Below are positions 50,311-60,144 of a stretch of 64,000 bases of DNA, in pieces (the first letter of the stretch is position 1; the number at the start of each line of letters is the position of its first letter). A model generated the notes under the pieces. It was given only the letters and a program-made list of their open reading frames with translations, was not told the origin of the DNA and did no database searches. The position numbers and the translations under genes are program-made. The stretch comes from Marmoricola sp. (GTDB lineage Bacteria > Actinomycetota > Actinomycetes > Propionibacteriales > Nocardioidaceae): positions 15,530-79,529 of the forward strand of contig JBKJIR010000005.1 in NCBI GenBank assembly GCA_046598495.1. Reading direction: 5' to 3'.

Positions 50311-51177
50311 CTAGCCGTTCAGGGGCCGCAGCACGTCGGCGGCGAAGCGCTCCATCCCGTCGAGCTTCTGGTCCAGGGTGGCCCTGCGGCCGTAGTAGTA
50401 CATCCACGGCTGCGTCATCACCTCGGTCACCCCGCCGGCCTCGGCCCGCGCGAAGTCGTCGGGGACCAGGGCGTCGTTCAGGGCGGCGACGACGGCCGGC
50501 ACACCGGTCACACCGATCTCGGTCCGCAGGGCGCGCAGCCGGGCGGCGTACGCGATCGCCTCATCGGTCGAGCAGATGTCGCCGATCCAGCCGTCGTGCC
50601 GGGCCGCGCGCCGCAGTGCGACCTCGGACATCCCGCCGACGAGGACGGGGACCCGCTCCGCCGGCCGCGGGCTCATCGTCAGGCGCGGGGTGGGGAAGAG
50701 CGGTCCGTCCGAGGCCGCCCACTCCTCCTCCCAGAGCGTCCGGAGGAGGTCGAGGCCCTCATCGGTCGCCCGCCCGCGCGTACCGAAGTCCTGACCGAGC
50801 AGGTCGAACTCCTCGCGGCACCAGCCGACGCCGACGCCGAGCCGGACCCGGCCGCCGCTGAGCACCGCGGCGGTGCCGACCGACTTCGCCACCTGGTACG
50901 GGCTGCGCAGGGCGGCGACGTAGATCGAGGTGAAGAAGGTCAGTCGCTGTGTGACGGCGGCGAGCGCGGCCGAGAGCACCCACGGGTCCGGCCACTCGCA
51001 GGTCTCGTCCCAGCGCCGGGACCCGTCGGCCTCGTACGGGTACGGCGTCGCCAGCGTCTCCAGGTCGACGACGTGATCGGCGATCGCCAGGCTCGCATAA
51101 CCGAGCTCGTCGGCCGCGATCGCGAGCGGCCGGAGCTCCTCGGTCGGCACGAAGGCGCCGACGATCGCGAAGTCCAC
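50311..51177 (-). CDS. F420-dependent LLM class oxidoreductase (TIGR03619-like)
   Basis: ADHVV, WPDPWV, GVGVGWCREEF, ALRRAARHDGW. Confidence 0.88.
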   Translation of the reverse strand: MDFAIVGAFVPTEELRPLAIAADELGYASLAIADHVVDLETLATPYPYEADGSRRWDETCEWPDPWVLSAALAAVTQRLTFFTSIYVAALRSPYQVAKSVGTAAVLSGGRVRLGVGVGWCREEFDLLGQDFGTRGRATDEGLDLLRTLWEEEWAASDGPLFPTPRLTMSPRPAERVPVLVGGMSEVALRRAARHDGWIGDICSTDEAIAYAARLRALRTEIGVTGVPAVVAALNDALVPDDFARAEAGGVTEVMTQPWMYYYGRRATLDQKLDGMERFAADVLRPLNG

Positions 51178-51185
51178 GGGCCGAG

Positions 51186-51290
51186 GCTACGCGAACGAGC
51201 GGAGCGGCACGGAGCTTGCTCCGGTGTCCGCGTAGCGAGGAGCGTTGAGGAGCGGAGCGACGATCACCGAGCGCCCGAGCTTGCTCGAGT
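51186..51290. repeat. REP-like palindromic intergenic element
   Basis: GAGCGGAGCG twice (51197, 51250), GAGCTTGCTC twice (51212, 51277), GCTACGCG/CGCGTAGC stem. Confidence 0.5.
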
Positions 51291-51414
51291 GCCCCACCCG
51301 TGGCACTGCGGCAACGTCACCCGCGGTGCCGGGGGTGCGGCCGAGAGCCCGTTGACGAACGAAGTGAGGATCACGGGTTCTCCTGGGTAGAGGGGTGACA
51401 GGATCGCAGAGTAG

Positions 51415-51436
51415 TTTCACAGAACCCTCTATGAAA
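51415..51436. promoter_or_regulatory. Palindromic operator candidate
   Basis: TTTCACAGA-N4-TCTATGAAA, 8/9 arm match, upstream of FadH-like gene. Confidence 0.6.
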
Positions 51437-51458
51437 AGTCTTTGTTGGGCGCCGTGGG

Positions 51459-53558
51459 GTGTGCGAGCCTCTGCCCATGTACCCGCACCTCCTGCGTCCC
51501 GGCCGGATCGGCTCGATGGAATTGCGCAACCGGCTGGTGATGTCGCCGATGGAGACGATGTACGGGACCCCGGACGGGCTGCCGTCGGACCGGACGGTCG
51601 CCTACTTCGCAGCGCGGGCAGCCGGTGGGGTCGGCCTGATCACCGTCGGCGCGACCGGCGTGGACCACCAGCACCCGGAGACTCCGGGTGGCCTGCACCT
51701 GGGAACCGACGCCGCGGTCGCAGCGCACCGGCGCCTGGTCGAGGCGGTGCACGAGCACGGGGCGAAGATCCAGCCGCAGATCGTGCACGCCGGGCCCGAC
51801 GGGCTCGGACCGGAGATGCACGGCGTGACCTCGCTGGGTCCGTCGGTGATCGGGTCCTACCTGACCGGACGGCCGTCGGAGGAGATCACCCCGGCGCAGT
51901 TCGCTGCCGTCCTGGACCTCTACAAAGCGGCGGTACGGCGGGCCCGCGAGGCCGGGTACGACGGCATCGAGCTGCACGCCGCGCACGGGTACATGATGCT
52001 CGGCTCCTTCCTCGCTCCCCAGCGCAACCGGCGTACCGACGACTACCGTGGCGACACGGTTCAGGGTCGGCTCCGGGCGGTGCTCGAGGCGCTCGCCGCG
52101 ATCCGCGCTGAGGTCGGCGACGACTTCCCGATCACCCTGCGGATCTCCGGTTACGAACGGGTCGCCGGCGGTCGACCGTCGTACGAGACAGCGCAGGTCG
52201 CCCCCGTTCTGGTCGCCGCCGGGGTGGATGCGTTCCACGTCAGCGGCGGGGTGATCGATCGTCTGGTGAGCACGATGGTCAACGGCTCCGACGACGGCGA
52301 CGGCCTCAACGTCGGAGCGGCGGCCGCCGTACGCCAGGTCGTCGACGTCCCGGTGATCGCGGTCGGTCGGTTGCACGACCCCGCCCTGGCCGAGGCGGTG
52401 CTCGCCGACGGGCGGGCCGACTTCGTCGCGCTGGGCAGACCGCTGCTGGCTGATCCGGAACTCCCGAAAAAGCTGCGCACCGGGGGCCGGGTCCGGCACT
52501 GCATCTCGTGCGAGAACTGCATCGACTCCCTCGAGCAGCGGTTCGCGGTCGACTGCGCCGTCAACCCGCGCACCGGTAGGGAGAGCGAGCTGGATCTGGG
52601 ACCGACCCGCGGGCGGCGACACCTCGTGGTCGTCGGCGCCGGCCCCGGAGGCATGGAGGCAGCCCGGGTCGCGGCCGGTGCAGGCCACCGGGTGACGCTG
52701 CTCGACGCGAACCAGCAGCTCGGCGGTGCCCTCCTCTGGGCCTCGATCGTGCACCCGGAGAACGAGCCGTTCCTGGAGTACCTGCGCGGCGAGCTCGCCG
52801 CGAGCGCGGTCGACGTACGGCTCGGGACGCGGGCCGACGCGGACGCCGTGGCCGCACTCCACCCGGACGCCGTCGTCGTCGCGACCGGAGCCCGGATCAC
52901 GCTCCCGGTTCTGTCCGGCGACGACCTCCCGCACGTCCTGGCCGGTCCGGCGCTGCGGGAGCTGCTCGCCGGACGCGTTGCCCCCGGTCTGCCGTTGCTG
53001 CACCGGATCGGGGCCCGCGCCGTCGCCGGGCGTGGCCAGCGGCTGGTTACTCCCGCCCTGGTCCGCCGGGCGACCCGGGCCTGGATGCCGCTCGGCTCCC
53101 GGGTCGCGCTCGTCGGCGGTGACCTGGTCGCCGTCGAGCTCGCCGAGTTCCTGGCCCAGCGCGGTCGGACGGTCACGATCCTGCAGGCCGGTCGCGAGCT
53201 GGCGCCCGAGGTCGGCTGGAAGCGGAAGACCGAGCACATGCACCGGCTCGACCGGTACGGCGTCACGGTGCACGTCGGCGCCGAGGTGCAGCGGATCGTC
53301 CCGGCCGGCCTCGAGTTCACCCCGTACGGCGGCACGTCGCGACTGCTTGCTGCAGACTCCGTCGTACTGGCGGGGGAGGCGGAGCCCGACCTCGCCCTGT
53401 ACGACGCGCTGCGCGAGCGACTCCCCGGGATCCCGGTGACCGCGATCGGGGACGCGACCGGGCTGGGACTGATCCGCAAGGCGACCGAGGACGCCGCGCG
53501 GGCCGTGGCCGCCCTGGAGGCCGGGGCCGACGCTGAACTGAGAGGGAGTGGCGCATGA
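51459..53558 (+). CDS. NADH:flavin oxidoreductase, 2,4-dienoyl-CoA reductase (FadH)-like
   Basis: OYE barrel ELHAAHGY, NRRTDDY; CISCENC...CAVNP Fe-S motif; VGAGPGG FAD domain; start 51459 or 51477. Confidence 0.88.
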   Translation: MCEPLPMYPHLLRPGRIGSMELRNRLVMSPMETMYGTPDGLPSDRTVAYFAARAAGGVGLITVGATGVDHQHPETPGGLHLGTDAAVAAHRRLVEAVHEHGAKIQPQIVHAGPDGLGPEMHGVTSLGPSVIGSYLTGRPSEEITPAQFAAVLDLYKAAVRRAREAGYDGIELHAAHGYMMLGSFLAPQRNRRTDDYRGDTVQGRLRAVLEALAAIRAEVGDDFPITLRISGYERVAGGRPSYETAQVAPVLVAAGVDAFHVSGGVIDRLVSTMVNGSDDGDGLNVGAAAAVRQVVDVPVIAVGRLHDPALAEAVLADGRADFVALGRPLLADPELPKKLRTGGRVRHCISCENCIDSLEQRFAVDCAVNPRTGRESELDLGPTRGRRHLVVVGAGPGGMEAARVAAGAGHRVTLLDANQQLGGALLWASIVHPENEPFLEYLRGELAASAVDVRLGTRADADAVAALHPDAVVVATGARITLPVLSGDDLPHVLAGPALRELLAGRVAPGLPLLHRIGARAVAGRGQRLVTPALVRRATRAWMPLGSRVALVGGDLVAVELAEFLAQRGRTVTILQAGRELAPEVGWKRKTEHMHRLDRYGVTVHVGAEVQRIVPAGLEFTPYGGTSRLLAADSVVLAGEAEPDLALYDALRERLPGIPVTAIGDATGLGLIRKATEDAARAVAALEAGADAELRGSGA

Positions 53559-54181
53559 ACTCGGACGTCTTCCAGTACGTCGACATGAGCGATGCCGAGG
53601 TGGACGTGCTCGAGGCGCGGTACGGGCCGTTGGCCGGTGCCGTGCGTGAACTGCTCGACGCGACGATCCGGACCGCTGCCGATGACGACGTCGTCGCGGA
53701 GGCGCTGGCTGCGGTCCAGAGCGCCACCGCGCTGCTGAAGCCGACGATGGTCGACGGTCCGTCGGGGGTGTACTACAACGAGTCGGGGCGCAGCTGGAGC
53801 TGGGGCAACGCCGCGATCGGGCTGCGCAACGCGGTCGCGCCCCCGATGCACGTCGAGCACCGTGCGAACGACGAGACCTACGCCGAGGTGCACCTCGGGG
53901 CGGCGTACGAGGGGCCTCCGGGGATGGTGCACGGGGGCGTCAGTGCGCTGCTGCTCGACCACATCATGGGGGTCACTGCCAGTCGGATGACGCAGGTGAC
54001 CTTCACCGGCACGCTGACCCTGCGCTACCGCAACCCGCTGCCGCTGGGGAAGGTCGTCCTCGAGGGCCGGGTCTCCGGGGAGGAGGGCCGCAAGGTCTTC
54101 GTGGCGGCGACGATCGCGGGCGAGCGCGGAGTCGCGGTCGAGGCGGAGGGGATCTTCATCGTCCCGAACTGGTCGGTCTGA
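53555..54181 (+). CDS. PaaI family thioesterase
   Basis: YEGPPGMVHGG...LLDHIMG, TGTLTLRYR. Confidence 0.9.
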   Translation: MNSDVFQYVDMSDAEVDVLEARYGPLAGAVRELLDATIRTAADDDVVAEALAAVQSATALLKPTMVDGPSGVYYNESGRSWSWGNAAIGLRNAVAPPMHVEHRANDETYAEVHLGAAYEGPPGMVHGGVSALLLDHIMGVTASRMTQVTFTGTLTLRYRNPLPLGKVVLEGRVSGEEGRKVFVAATIAGERGVAVEAEGIFIVPNWSV

Positions 54182-54190
54182 GGATCAGGC

Positions 54191-54616
54191 CTACCTGATC
54201 GAGCAGACGACGTCGACCTCGCTGACGGTGTCGGCGCGCAGCGTCGTGACGGCGGGTTCGGTCGTGCAGGTGCCCGTGCCGCCGTTGAAGTTCGGGCTCG
54301 TGGCGGTCACGGTGTAGTCACCGGGCGCGAGCTGGATCGCGAACCGGCCGGACTCGCCGGTGTCGGCGGTGGTCACCGAGCCGTCCGCGCCGGCGATCCG
54401 GACAGTTCCCGGCACGGCCATCTCTTCGGCGCCGGCCGGACCGCCGGACGTGACGATCCGACCCTGCACCGTCCCGACCGCCACCGGAAGTGACGGCCTC
54501 GTGGACGGCGTCTTCCCGTCGGCCGGCTCGTCGGTCCCGCCGCAGCCGGCGAGGCTGAACGGGAGCAGGGCGACCAGGACGAGCGCGGCGGACTTCACGC
54601 GGTCAGTCTGAGGCAT
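54191..54616 (-). CDS. Lipoprotein with carboxypeptidase-regulatory-like domain
   Basis: Lipobox SLAGC; GRFAIQLAPGDYTVTA; start may be GTG 54598. Confidence 0.75.
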   Translation of the reverse strand: MPQTDRVKSAALVLVALLPFSLAGCGGTDEPADGKTPSTRPSLPVAVGTVQGRIVTSGGPAGAEEMAVPGTVRIAGADGSVTTADTGESGRFAIQLAPGDYTVTATSPNFNGGTGTCTTEPAVTTLRADTVSEVDVVCSIR

Positions 54617-54655
54617 GGGCAGGACGTTGTGGTCTCGCGTCGTACGTGGGGAGTC

Positions 54656-54679
54656 GCTAGCATTGCTGTCGTTGCTAGC
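54656..54679. promoter_or_regulatory. FitA-type antitoxin operator
   Basis: GCTAGCA-N10-TGCTAGC inverted repeat directly before the AGGAGG RBS. Confidence 0.7.
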
Positions 54680-54691
54680 AAGGAGGACGTG

Positions 54692-54922
54692 ATGGCCACC
54701 ATTACGGTGCGGAACCTGGATGACGAGGTGCAGCGACGCTTGAAGCAGCGCGCCGCAGCGAACGATCGCTCGATGGAGGCCGAGGTGAGGGAGATCCTCA
54801 CCATGTCCGTGCGCCCGAGCACCTTCATGGCGGACTGGCTCGCGATGGCGGAACCCCTTCGTGGGGAATTCGAGCTTCCGGAGCGGAGCATTCCCCGAGA
54901 GATCGATCTCGACTTCTCGTGA
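54692..54922 (+). CDS. FitA-like ribbon-helix-helix antitoxin
   Basis: MATITVRNLDDEV..RLK.RAA.NDRSMEAEVREIL; start moved to ATG 54692. Confidence 0.92.
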   Translation: MATITVRNLDDEVQRRLKQRAAANDRSMEAEVREILTMSVRPSTFMADWLAMAEPLRGEFELPERSIPREIDLDFS

Positions 54923-55332
54923 TCGTCGTCGACACCAACATCCTCTCGGAGCCGTTCCGGCGCGATCCAGCGCGGCAGGTCTTGGCGTGGATGGCTGATC
55001 AGGATGCCGTCGCCGCGTCGGCAGTGTCGATCGGAGAGATGCGCCGGGGTGCCCTCGCGCTCCCGAAAGGGCGGAGGAGGGACGAGATTCTCGCCCACAT
55101 CGACGCCGTCTTCGCCGAGCATGTGGATCGGATCCTCAGCTACAACGGGGCGAGTGCGCGCGTCTTCGCCCATTTGCACGCACAGCGTCGATCGCAGGGC
55201 AGACCGCTGGCTGTCGAGGACGGCATGATCGCGGCGACGGCACTCATCCACGGCGCCACGGCGATTGCTACCCGAAACGTTCGGGACTTCGAGGGTCTCG
55301 GACTCGGGATCATCAATCCGTGGGACGCCTGA
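54919..55332 (+). CDS. VapC/FitB PIN-domain toxin
   Basis: IVVDTNILSE, GE, DGMIAATA, ATRNVRDF, INPW. Confidence 0.93.
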   Translation: MIVVDTNILSEPFRRDPARQVLAWMADQDAVAASAVSIGEMRRGALALPKGRRRDEILAHIDAVFAEHVDRILSYNGASARVFAHLHAQRRSQGRPLAVEDGMIAATALIHGATAIATRNVRDFEGLGLGIINPWDA

Positions 55333-55342
55333 CCCAGGACGT

Positions 55343-56401
55343 TCACAACCCGTAGACCGCGACCTCGGTCGCCTTGACGGTGAATGTCACCGCGAGGTCC
55401 GGGACCAGGTCCAGGTCCGCGACGGCGTACGGCGTGACGTCGGCGCTCAGCCCGTTCCCGGGCCCGTTCGCGCGGACCCGGATGAGCTCGCCGGACGGTT
55501 CGAGCTCCTTGATCCGGATCTCGAAGGTGTTCCGCGGGCTGCCACCGCTCGGTTCGCGGTAGACCGCGACCGCGTTCGGGCGGAAGGTGGCGACGACCGG
55601 CGCTCCGACCGCAGGGGTCGGGTCGACGACCATCCCGTGCACCACGCTGCCGTCGTCGAGCCGGACGTGGTCCCCGGCCCAGGTCCCGGTGAGCAGGTTC
55701 AGGCCCGCGAGCTGTGCCGCGAAGGTGCTGCGGGGCCGGGACAGGACCTCCTTGCTCGGCCCGTCCTCGACGACGCGACCGGCGTCCAGGACGATCACCC
55801 GGTCCGCCAGCAGGAGGGCGTCGAGGACGTCGTGGGTGACGATCACCGCGGTTCGCTCGGCCAGGACGCGTCGCAGCGTCTGCCGCAGCGCGGGGCGGTT
55901 CGCGACGTCGAGCGCGGCCATCGGTTCGTCGAGAAGGAAGAGCCGGGGATCCGCGGCCAGGGCGCGGGCGACGGCGACCCGTTGGGCCTGTCCGCCGGAA
56001 AGCGCGGTCGCCTTCTTGTCGGCGAGGTCCGGGGCCTCGACCTCGGCGAGCCACTGCTCGGCGTCGCGGTGGGCGTCGCGGCGCGAGCGCCCTCGACTGC
56101 GGGGTGCGAACGCCACGTTCTCGCGGACGCTGAGGTGCGGGAAGAGCAACGCCTCCTGGGCCAGCAGGGCGATGCCGCGCAGATGGGGTGGCAGGTCGAC
56201 GCGGTCCTGGGTCGAGGTCAGCGTCCGTCCGTCCAGCACCACCTGGCCACGGTCGGGACGCAGCTGGCCAGCCGTGACCGCGAGCGCTGAGGACTTGCCG
56301 GCGCCGTTCTGGCCGAGCAGTGCGACCGTCTCGCCGGTGGCGACCTCGAACTCGACCTCGAGTCCGCGTTCGGCGACGGTGGCGGAGAACTCCAGGCTCA
56401 T
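55343..56401 (-). CDS. modC: Molybdate ABC transporter ATP-binding protein
   Basis: [19 protein letters not shown]-terminal TOBE SPRN...VKAT. Confidence 0.88.
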   Translation of the reverse strand: MSLEFSATVAERGLEVEFEVATGETVALLGQNGAGKSSALAVTAGQLRPDRGQVVLDGRTLTSTQDRVDLPPHLRGIALLAQEALLFPHLSVRENVAFAPRSRGRSRRDAHRDAEQWLAEVEAPDLADKKATALSGGQAQRVAVARALAADPRLFLLDEPMAALDVANRPALRQTLRRVLAERTAVIVTHDVLDALLLADRVIVLDAGRVVEDGPSKEVLSRPRSTFAAQLAGLNLLTGTWAGDHVRLDDGSVVHGMVVDPTPAVGAPVVATFRPNAVAVYREPSGGSPRNTFEIRIKELEPSGELIRVRANGPGNGLSADVTPYAVADLDLVPDLAVTFTVKATEVAVYGL

Positions 56402-57195
56402 CGGCCGGCCCGTTCCGGTCGCGCCACGACGATCACGAGGACCGCCACCACGACGAGCACCAGGGCCAGCGCGACCGCTGCGTCCGGGTCGCCCTCACGC
56501 TGGAGGTAGATCTCCGAGGGCAGCGTCCGGGTCACGCCCTGGAGACTGCCGGCGAAGGTGATGGTGGCGCCGAACTCACCCAGGGCGCGGGCGAAGGAGA
56601 GGACGGCGCCGGACACCAGTCCGGGCAGCACCAGCGGCAGCGTGATCCGGCGGAAGACCGTCGTCGGACCGGCCCCGAGCGAGGCGGCGACGGTCTCGTA
56701 ACGGTGACCTGCGGTACGCAACGAGCCCTCCAGGCTGACCACCAGGAACGGGAGCGCGACGAAGGTCTGGGCCATCACGACCGCGATCGTGGAGAACGCG
56801 ATCTGGATGTCCATCACCTCCAGGGTGCTGCCGAGGAGGCCGCGGCGCCCGAAGGTGTAGAGCAGTGCGAGACCTCCGACGACCGGTGGGAGCACCAGGG
56901 GAAGCAGTACCAGGGAGCGCAGGACGCCCTGCCCGGGGAACCGGGTCCGGGCCAGCACCATCGCCATCGGTACGCCGATCAGGACGCAGAGCACGGTGCT
57001 CGCGCTCGCGGTCCGCAGGCTCAGCCAGAGGGCGTCCCGGGAGGCGTCCGAGGTGACCAGGGTGACGAAGTTCGACCAGTCGACCTTGGCGACGATGGCG
57101 ACCAGGGGGAGGAGGACGAAGGTGGCTCCGAGCAGTGCCGGGACGAAGATCCAGGACGGCACACCCACGCCACGGGCGCTGCTCCTCGGCCTCAC
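56398..57195 (-). CDS. modB: Molybdate ABC transporter permease
   Basis: [27 protein letters not shown]. Confidence 0.92.
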   Translation of the reverse strand: MRPRSSARGVGVPSWIFVPALLGATFVLLPLVAIVAKVDWSNFVTLVTSDASRDALWLSLRTASASTVLCVLIGVPMAMVLARTRFPGQGVLRSLVLLPLVLPPVVGGLALLYTFGRRGLLGSTLEVMDIQIAFSTIAVVMAQTFVALPFLVVSLEGSLRTAGHRYETVAASLGAGPTTVFRRITLPLVLPGLVSGAVLSFARALGEFGATITFAGSLQGVTRTLPSEIYLQREGDPDAAVALALVLVVVAVLVIVVARPERAGR

Positions 57196-57974
57196 GGTGC
57201 CCCGAACCCGGCTGCGGCAAGCACGTCCTGCCCGGTGGTGCTGAGCACGAGGTCGACGAACGCGGCGGCGAGGTCGGCGTTGTCGCTGTCCCGCACCGCG
57301 GTGATCGGATAGGTGTTCACGGCTGCGGTCGTCTCCGGGAAGGTGATTGCCAGAACGTCGTCGCCTGCCGCCTTGGCATCGGTCACGTAGACGAGCCCGG
57401 CCTCCGCTTCCCCGACCGTCACCTTGGCGAGCACGTCCTTGACCGACTGCTCCTCGCTGACCGGCTCGAGGGTGATCCCGGCGGCCTCGGCGACCGTCAC
57501 TGCGGCTCTGCCGCAGGGCACCTGCGGCGCGCAGACCACCAGGTCGACGCCGGGTCGGGCGAGATCAGCCAGACCGGCGATCCCCTCTGGGTTGTCCGAC
57601 GGGGTGACGATCGCCAGCGTGTTGGAGGCGAAGTCCTGCGGGTCCTGGGCAGCAAGGTCGTCCTGGGTCAGTGCGGCCATGGTGGCGGTGTCGGCGGAGG
57701 CGAAGACGTCGGCGGGGGCGCCGCCCCGGATCTGGGTGACCAGGTCGGAGGAGCCGCCGAAATTGAACCGCACCTCCACTCCCGGGTGGTCGGCCTCGAA
57801 CCGCTCGCCGAGCTCGGTGAAGGTGCCGGTCAGGGACGCGGCGGCGAAGACGATAAGCGTTCGACCGTTCCCGGCGGTGCCCTGCCCGTCCGCGGATCCG
57901 CAAGCGGTGAGGGCGAGGAGGCCTGCCGCCGTGAGGAACGCGGCAGCGAGCGGTCCGCGTCGACGGGGCATCAT
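57192..57974 (-). CDS. modA: Molybdate ABC transporter substrate-binding lipoprotein
   Basis: Lipobox [34 protein letters not shown]; start approximate. Confidence 0.93.
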   Translation of the reverse strand: MMPRRRGPLAAAFLTAAGLLALTACGSADGQGTAGNGRTLIVFAAASLTGTFTELGERFEADHPGVEVRFNFGGSSDLVTQIRGGAPADVFASADTATMAALTQDDLAAQDPQDFASNTLAIVTPSDNPEGIAGLADLARPGVDLVVCAPQVPCGRAAVTVAEAAGITLEPVSEEQSVKDVLAKVTVGEAEAGLVYVTDAKAAGDDVLAITFPETTAAVNTYPITAVRDSDNADLAAAFVDLVLSTTGQDVLAAAGFGAP

Positions 57975-57995
57975 GGGTCCATTCAACCAGATGGG

Positions 57996-58036
57996 TCCGC
58001 ATCTGCGGCGAAATAGCGTGTTCAGATCCGCATCTG
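57996..58036. promoter_or_regulatory. Tandem operator candidate upstream of modABC
   Basis: TCCGCATCTG at 57996 and 58027 (31-bp spacing); first copy extends to palindrome CCGCA-TC-TGCGG. Confidence 0.6.
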
Positions 58037-58072
58037 AGAGATCGCGCGTGTTCTTCGGACAGCCGGGCTGAA

Positions 58073-58094
58073 AAACTGAAACGAGTTACAGTTT
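58073..58094. promoter_or_regulatory. KstR-type operator
   Basis: TGAAACGAGTTACA (58077-58090) fits TnnAACnnGTTnnA, inside AAACTG...CAGTTT palindrome. Confidence 0.75.
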
Positions 58095-58098
58095 CGCC

Positions 58099-59271
58099 AT
58101 GGTCAACAACGTCTTCGAGCCCGCCGACCTGGGCCCGGTCCGGCTGCGCAACCGGACCGTCAAGGCGGCCACCTTCGAGGGTCGCACGCCGTACGGGCTG
58201 GTCACCGACGAGCTCATCGACTACCACCTGGCCCCGGCACGCGGCGGCGTCGGTCTGACCACGGTCGCCTACCTCGCGGTGGCACCCGAGGGTCGGACCC
58301 AGAAGGAGGTCATCGTCGTCAACGACGAGTCGGCCCCCGGCCTGGCACGGCTCGCCGACGCGATCCACGGGACCGGCGCGAAGATCGGCGGCCAGCTCGG
58401 CCACGCCGGCCCGGTCGCCAACGGTCGCTCGAACGGCGTGAAGGCGCTGGCTGCGTCGAAGATGCCGTCGCCGCTGAGCATGCAGATGATCGGGTCGGCC
58501 TCCGAGGCGGACATCACGCGGATCACCCGGGACTACGTCCGCACGGCGCGGATCATGAAGGCCGCCGGCTTCGACGTCCTCGAGATCCACATGGCCCACG
58601 GCTACCTGCTCAGCTCGTTCCTGGCGCCGGGCCAGAACCGTCGCAAGGACGGCTGGGGCGGGTCGCTCGAGAACCGGGCCAGGTTCGCCCGCCAGATCGC
58701 GCGGGTGGTCCGCGACGAGGTCGGCGATGCGGTCGCGGTCACTGCCAAGATCGGGATGACCGAGGGCTCGCCGGTCGGCTTCTCGATGCCCGAGAGCCTG
58801 GAGTTCGCCCAGATGCTGGAGGCAGACGGGCACCTCGACGCGCTCGAGCTCAGCGCCGGCAGCTCGCTGCTGAACCCGATGTACCTCTTCCGGGGCGACG
58901 TCCCGCTCAAGGAGTTCGCCGCGAGCATGCCGCCGGCCGTCCGGCTCGGGCTGAAGACGCCGATCGGTAAACGGTTCTTCAAGGCCTACCCGTTCGAGGA
59001 GGCCTACCTGCGCGAGAAGGCGTTGGCCTTCCGGTCGGCCGTCTCGATGCCACTGATCATGCTCGGCGGCATCAACGACAAGGCCACCATGGAACGCGCG
59101 ATGGCTGAGGGGTTCGAGTTCGTCGCGATGGGTCGGGCGCTTCTCCGCGAGCCCGACCTGGTGAACCGGATGCAGGCCGGCGAAGCCAGCACGGGCAAGT
59201 GCATCCACTGCAACCAGTGCATGCCGACGATCTACACCGGCACCCGCTGCACGGTGATCGCCCCCGACTAG
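58099..59271 (+). CDS. NADH:flavin oxidoreductase (OYE family)
   Basis: LRNRTVKAATFEG, EIHMAHGYLLSSFL, GGSLENR, CIHCNQC. Confidence 0.9.
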   Translation: MVNNVFEPADLGPVRLRNRTVKAATFEGRTPYGLVTDELIDYHLAPARGGVGLTTVAYLAVAPEGRTQKEVIVVNDESAPGLARLADAIHGTGAKIGGQLGHAGPVANGRSNGVKALAASKMPSPLSMQMIGSASEADITRITRDYVRTARIMKAAGFDVLEIHMAHGYLLSSFLAPGQNRRKDGWGGSLENRARFARQIARVVRDEVGDAVAVTAKIGMTEGSPVGFSMPESLEFAQMLEADGHLDALELSAGSSLLNPMYLFRGDVPLKEFAASMPPAVRLGLKTPIGKRFFKAYPFEEAYLREKALAFRSAVSMPLIMLGGINDKATMERAMAEGFEFVAMGRALLREPDLVNRMQAGEASTGKCIHCNQCMPTIYTGTRCTVIAPD

Positions 59272-59280
59272 GGTCGGGCC

Positions 59281-60144
59281 ATGACGTTCGAGTACGACCG
59301 GGACACCGCGGTCAGCGCCCTCGGCGACGGCCGGTACGGCGCCCAACTCTCGCCCGGGTGGACCGTAGGCCCGGCCATCAACGGCGGCTACCTCCTCGCG
59401 ATCATCGGCACGGCGGTGGCGGCCGAGCTCGAGAGCGTGGCGCCGGGGAAGGGCCACCGGGACCCGTTCTCGGTCAGCGCGCACTTCCTCAGCGCCTCGG
59501 TCCCCGGGCCGGCGTACGTCGAGACCACGGTGATCCGCTCGGGCGGCCGGTTCTCCACCGTCGAGGCGACCCTGGTCCAGGACGTCCACGGCACCCGGGT
59601 CCCGAGGATCGCCGCGCACGCTACCTATGGCGACCTGGACAGGGCGCACGACGCGAAGAGCGACGCCGAGGCGGCGGCGCTCGGCCTGGCGCTCCCACCG
59701 CCGGTGCTGCCGCCGGTCGAGGAGTGCGTCCTCTCCAGCGACGCTCCGCCCGAGGTCACCGAGATCGCGCCGCTGCTCCAGCGCTTCGGCACCCGGTTCG
59801 ACCCGGCCTCGGCGATGTGGGCGGTCGGCAAGCCCAGCGGCAAGGGTCTCATCCAGGGCTGGTTCAAGCTCGCCGACGACCGGCCCCTCGATCCGATCTC
59901 CCTGCTGATGGTGGTCGACGCACTGCCGCCGGTCACCTTCGACCTGGGGATGTTCGGTTGGGCGCCGACGCTCGAGCTGACCGCGCACGTCCGGGCGAGA
60001 CCTGCCCCGGGATGGGTGATCGTGCGGCACCAGACCCGGACCGTCGCCGGGGGTCTCTTCGAGGAGGACTGCGACGTCTGGGACACGACCGGACGACTCG
60101 TCGCCCAGTCGCGGCAACTCGCCCTGCAACCGCGCACCCCGTGA
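59281..60144 (+). CDS. TesB-like double hot-dog thioesterase family protein
   Basis: INGGYL, VDALPP, WAPTLELT, LVAQSRQL. Confidence 0.88.
   Translation: MTFEYDRDTAVSALGDGRYGAQLSPGWTVGPAINGGYLLAIIGTAVAAELESVAPGKGHRDPFSVSAHFLSASVPGPAYVETTVIRSGGRFSTVEATLVQDVHGTRVPRIAAHATYGDLDRAHDAKSDAEAAALGLALPPPVLPPVEECVLSSDAPPEVTEIAPLLQRFGTRFDPASAMWAVGKPSGKGLIQGWFKLADDRPLDPISLLMVVDALPPVTFDLGMFGWAPTLELTAHVRARPAPGWVIVRHQTRTVAGGLFEEDCDVWDTTGRLVAQSRQLALQPRTP

Noticed and set aside
57565-60129. 854-aa minus-strand ORF
   Set aside because: Shadow of OYE/thioesterase and out of frame with modA; Arg/Gly-rich junk composition
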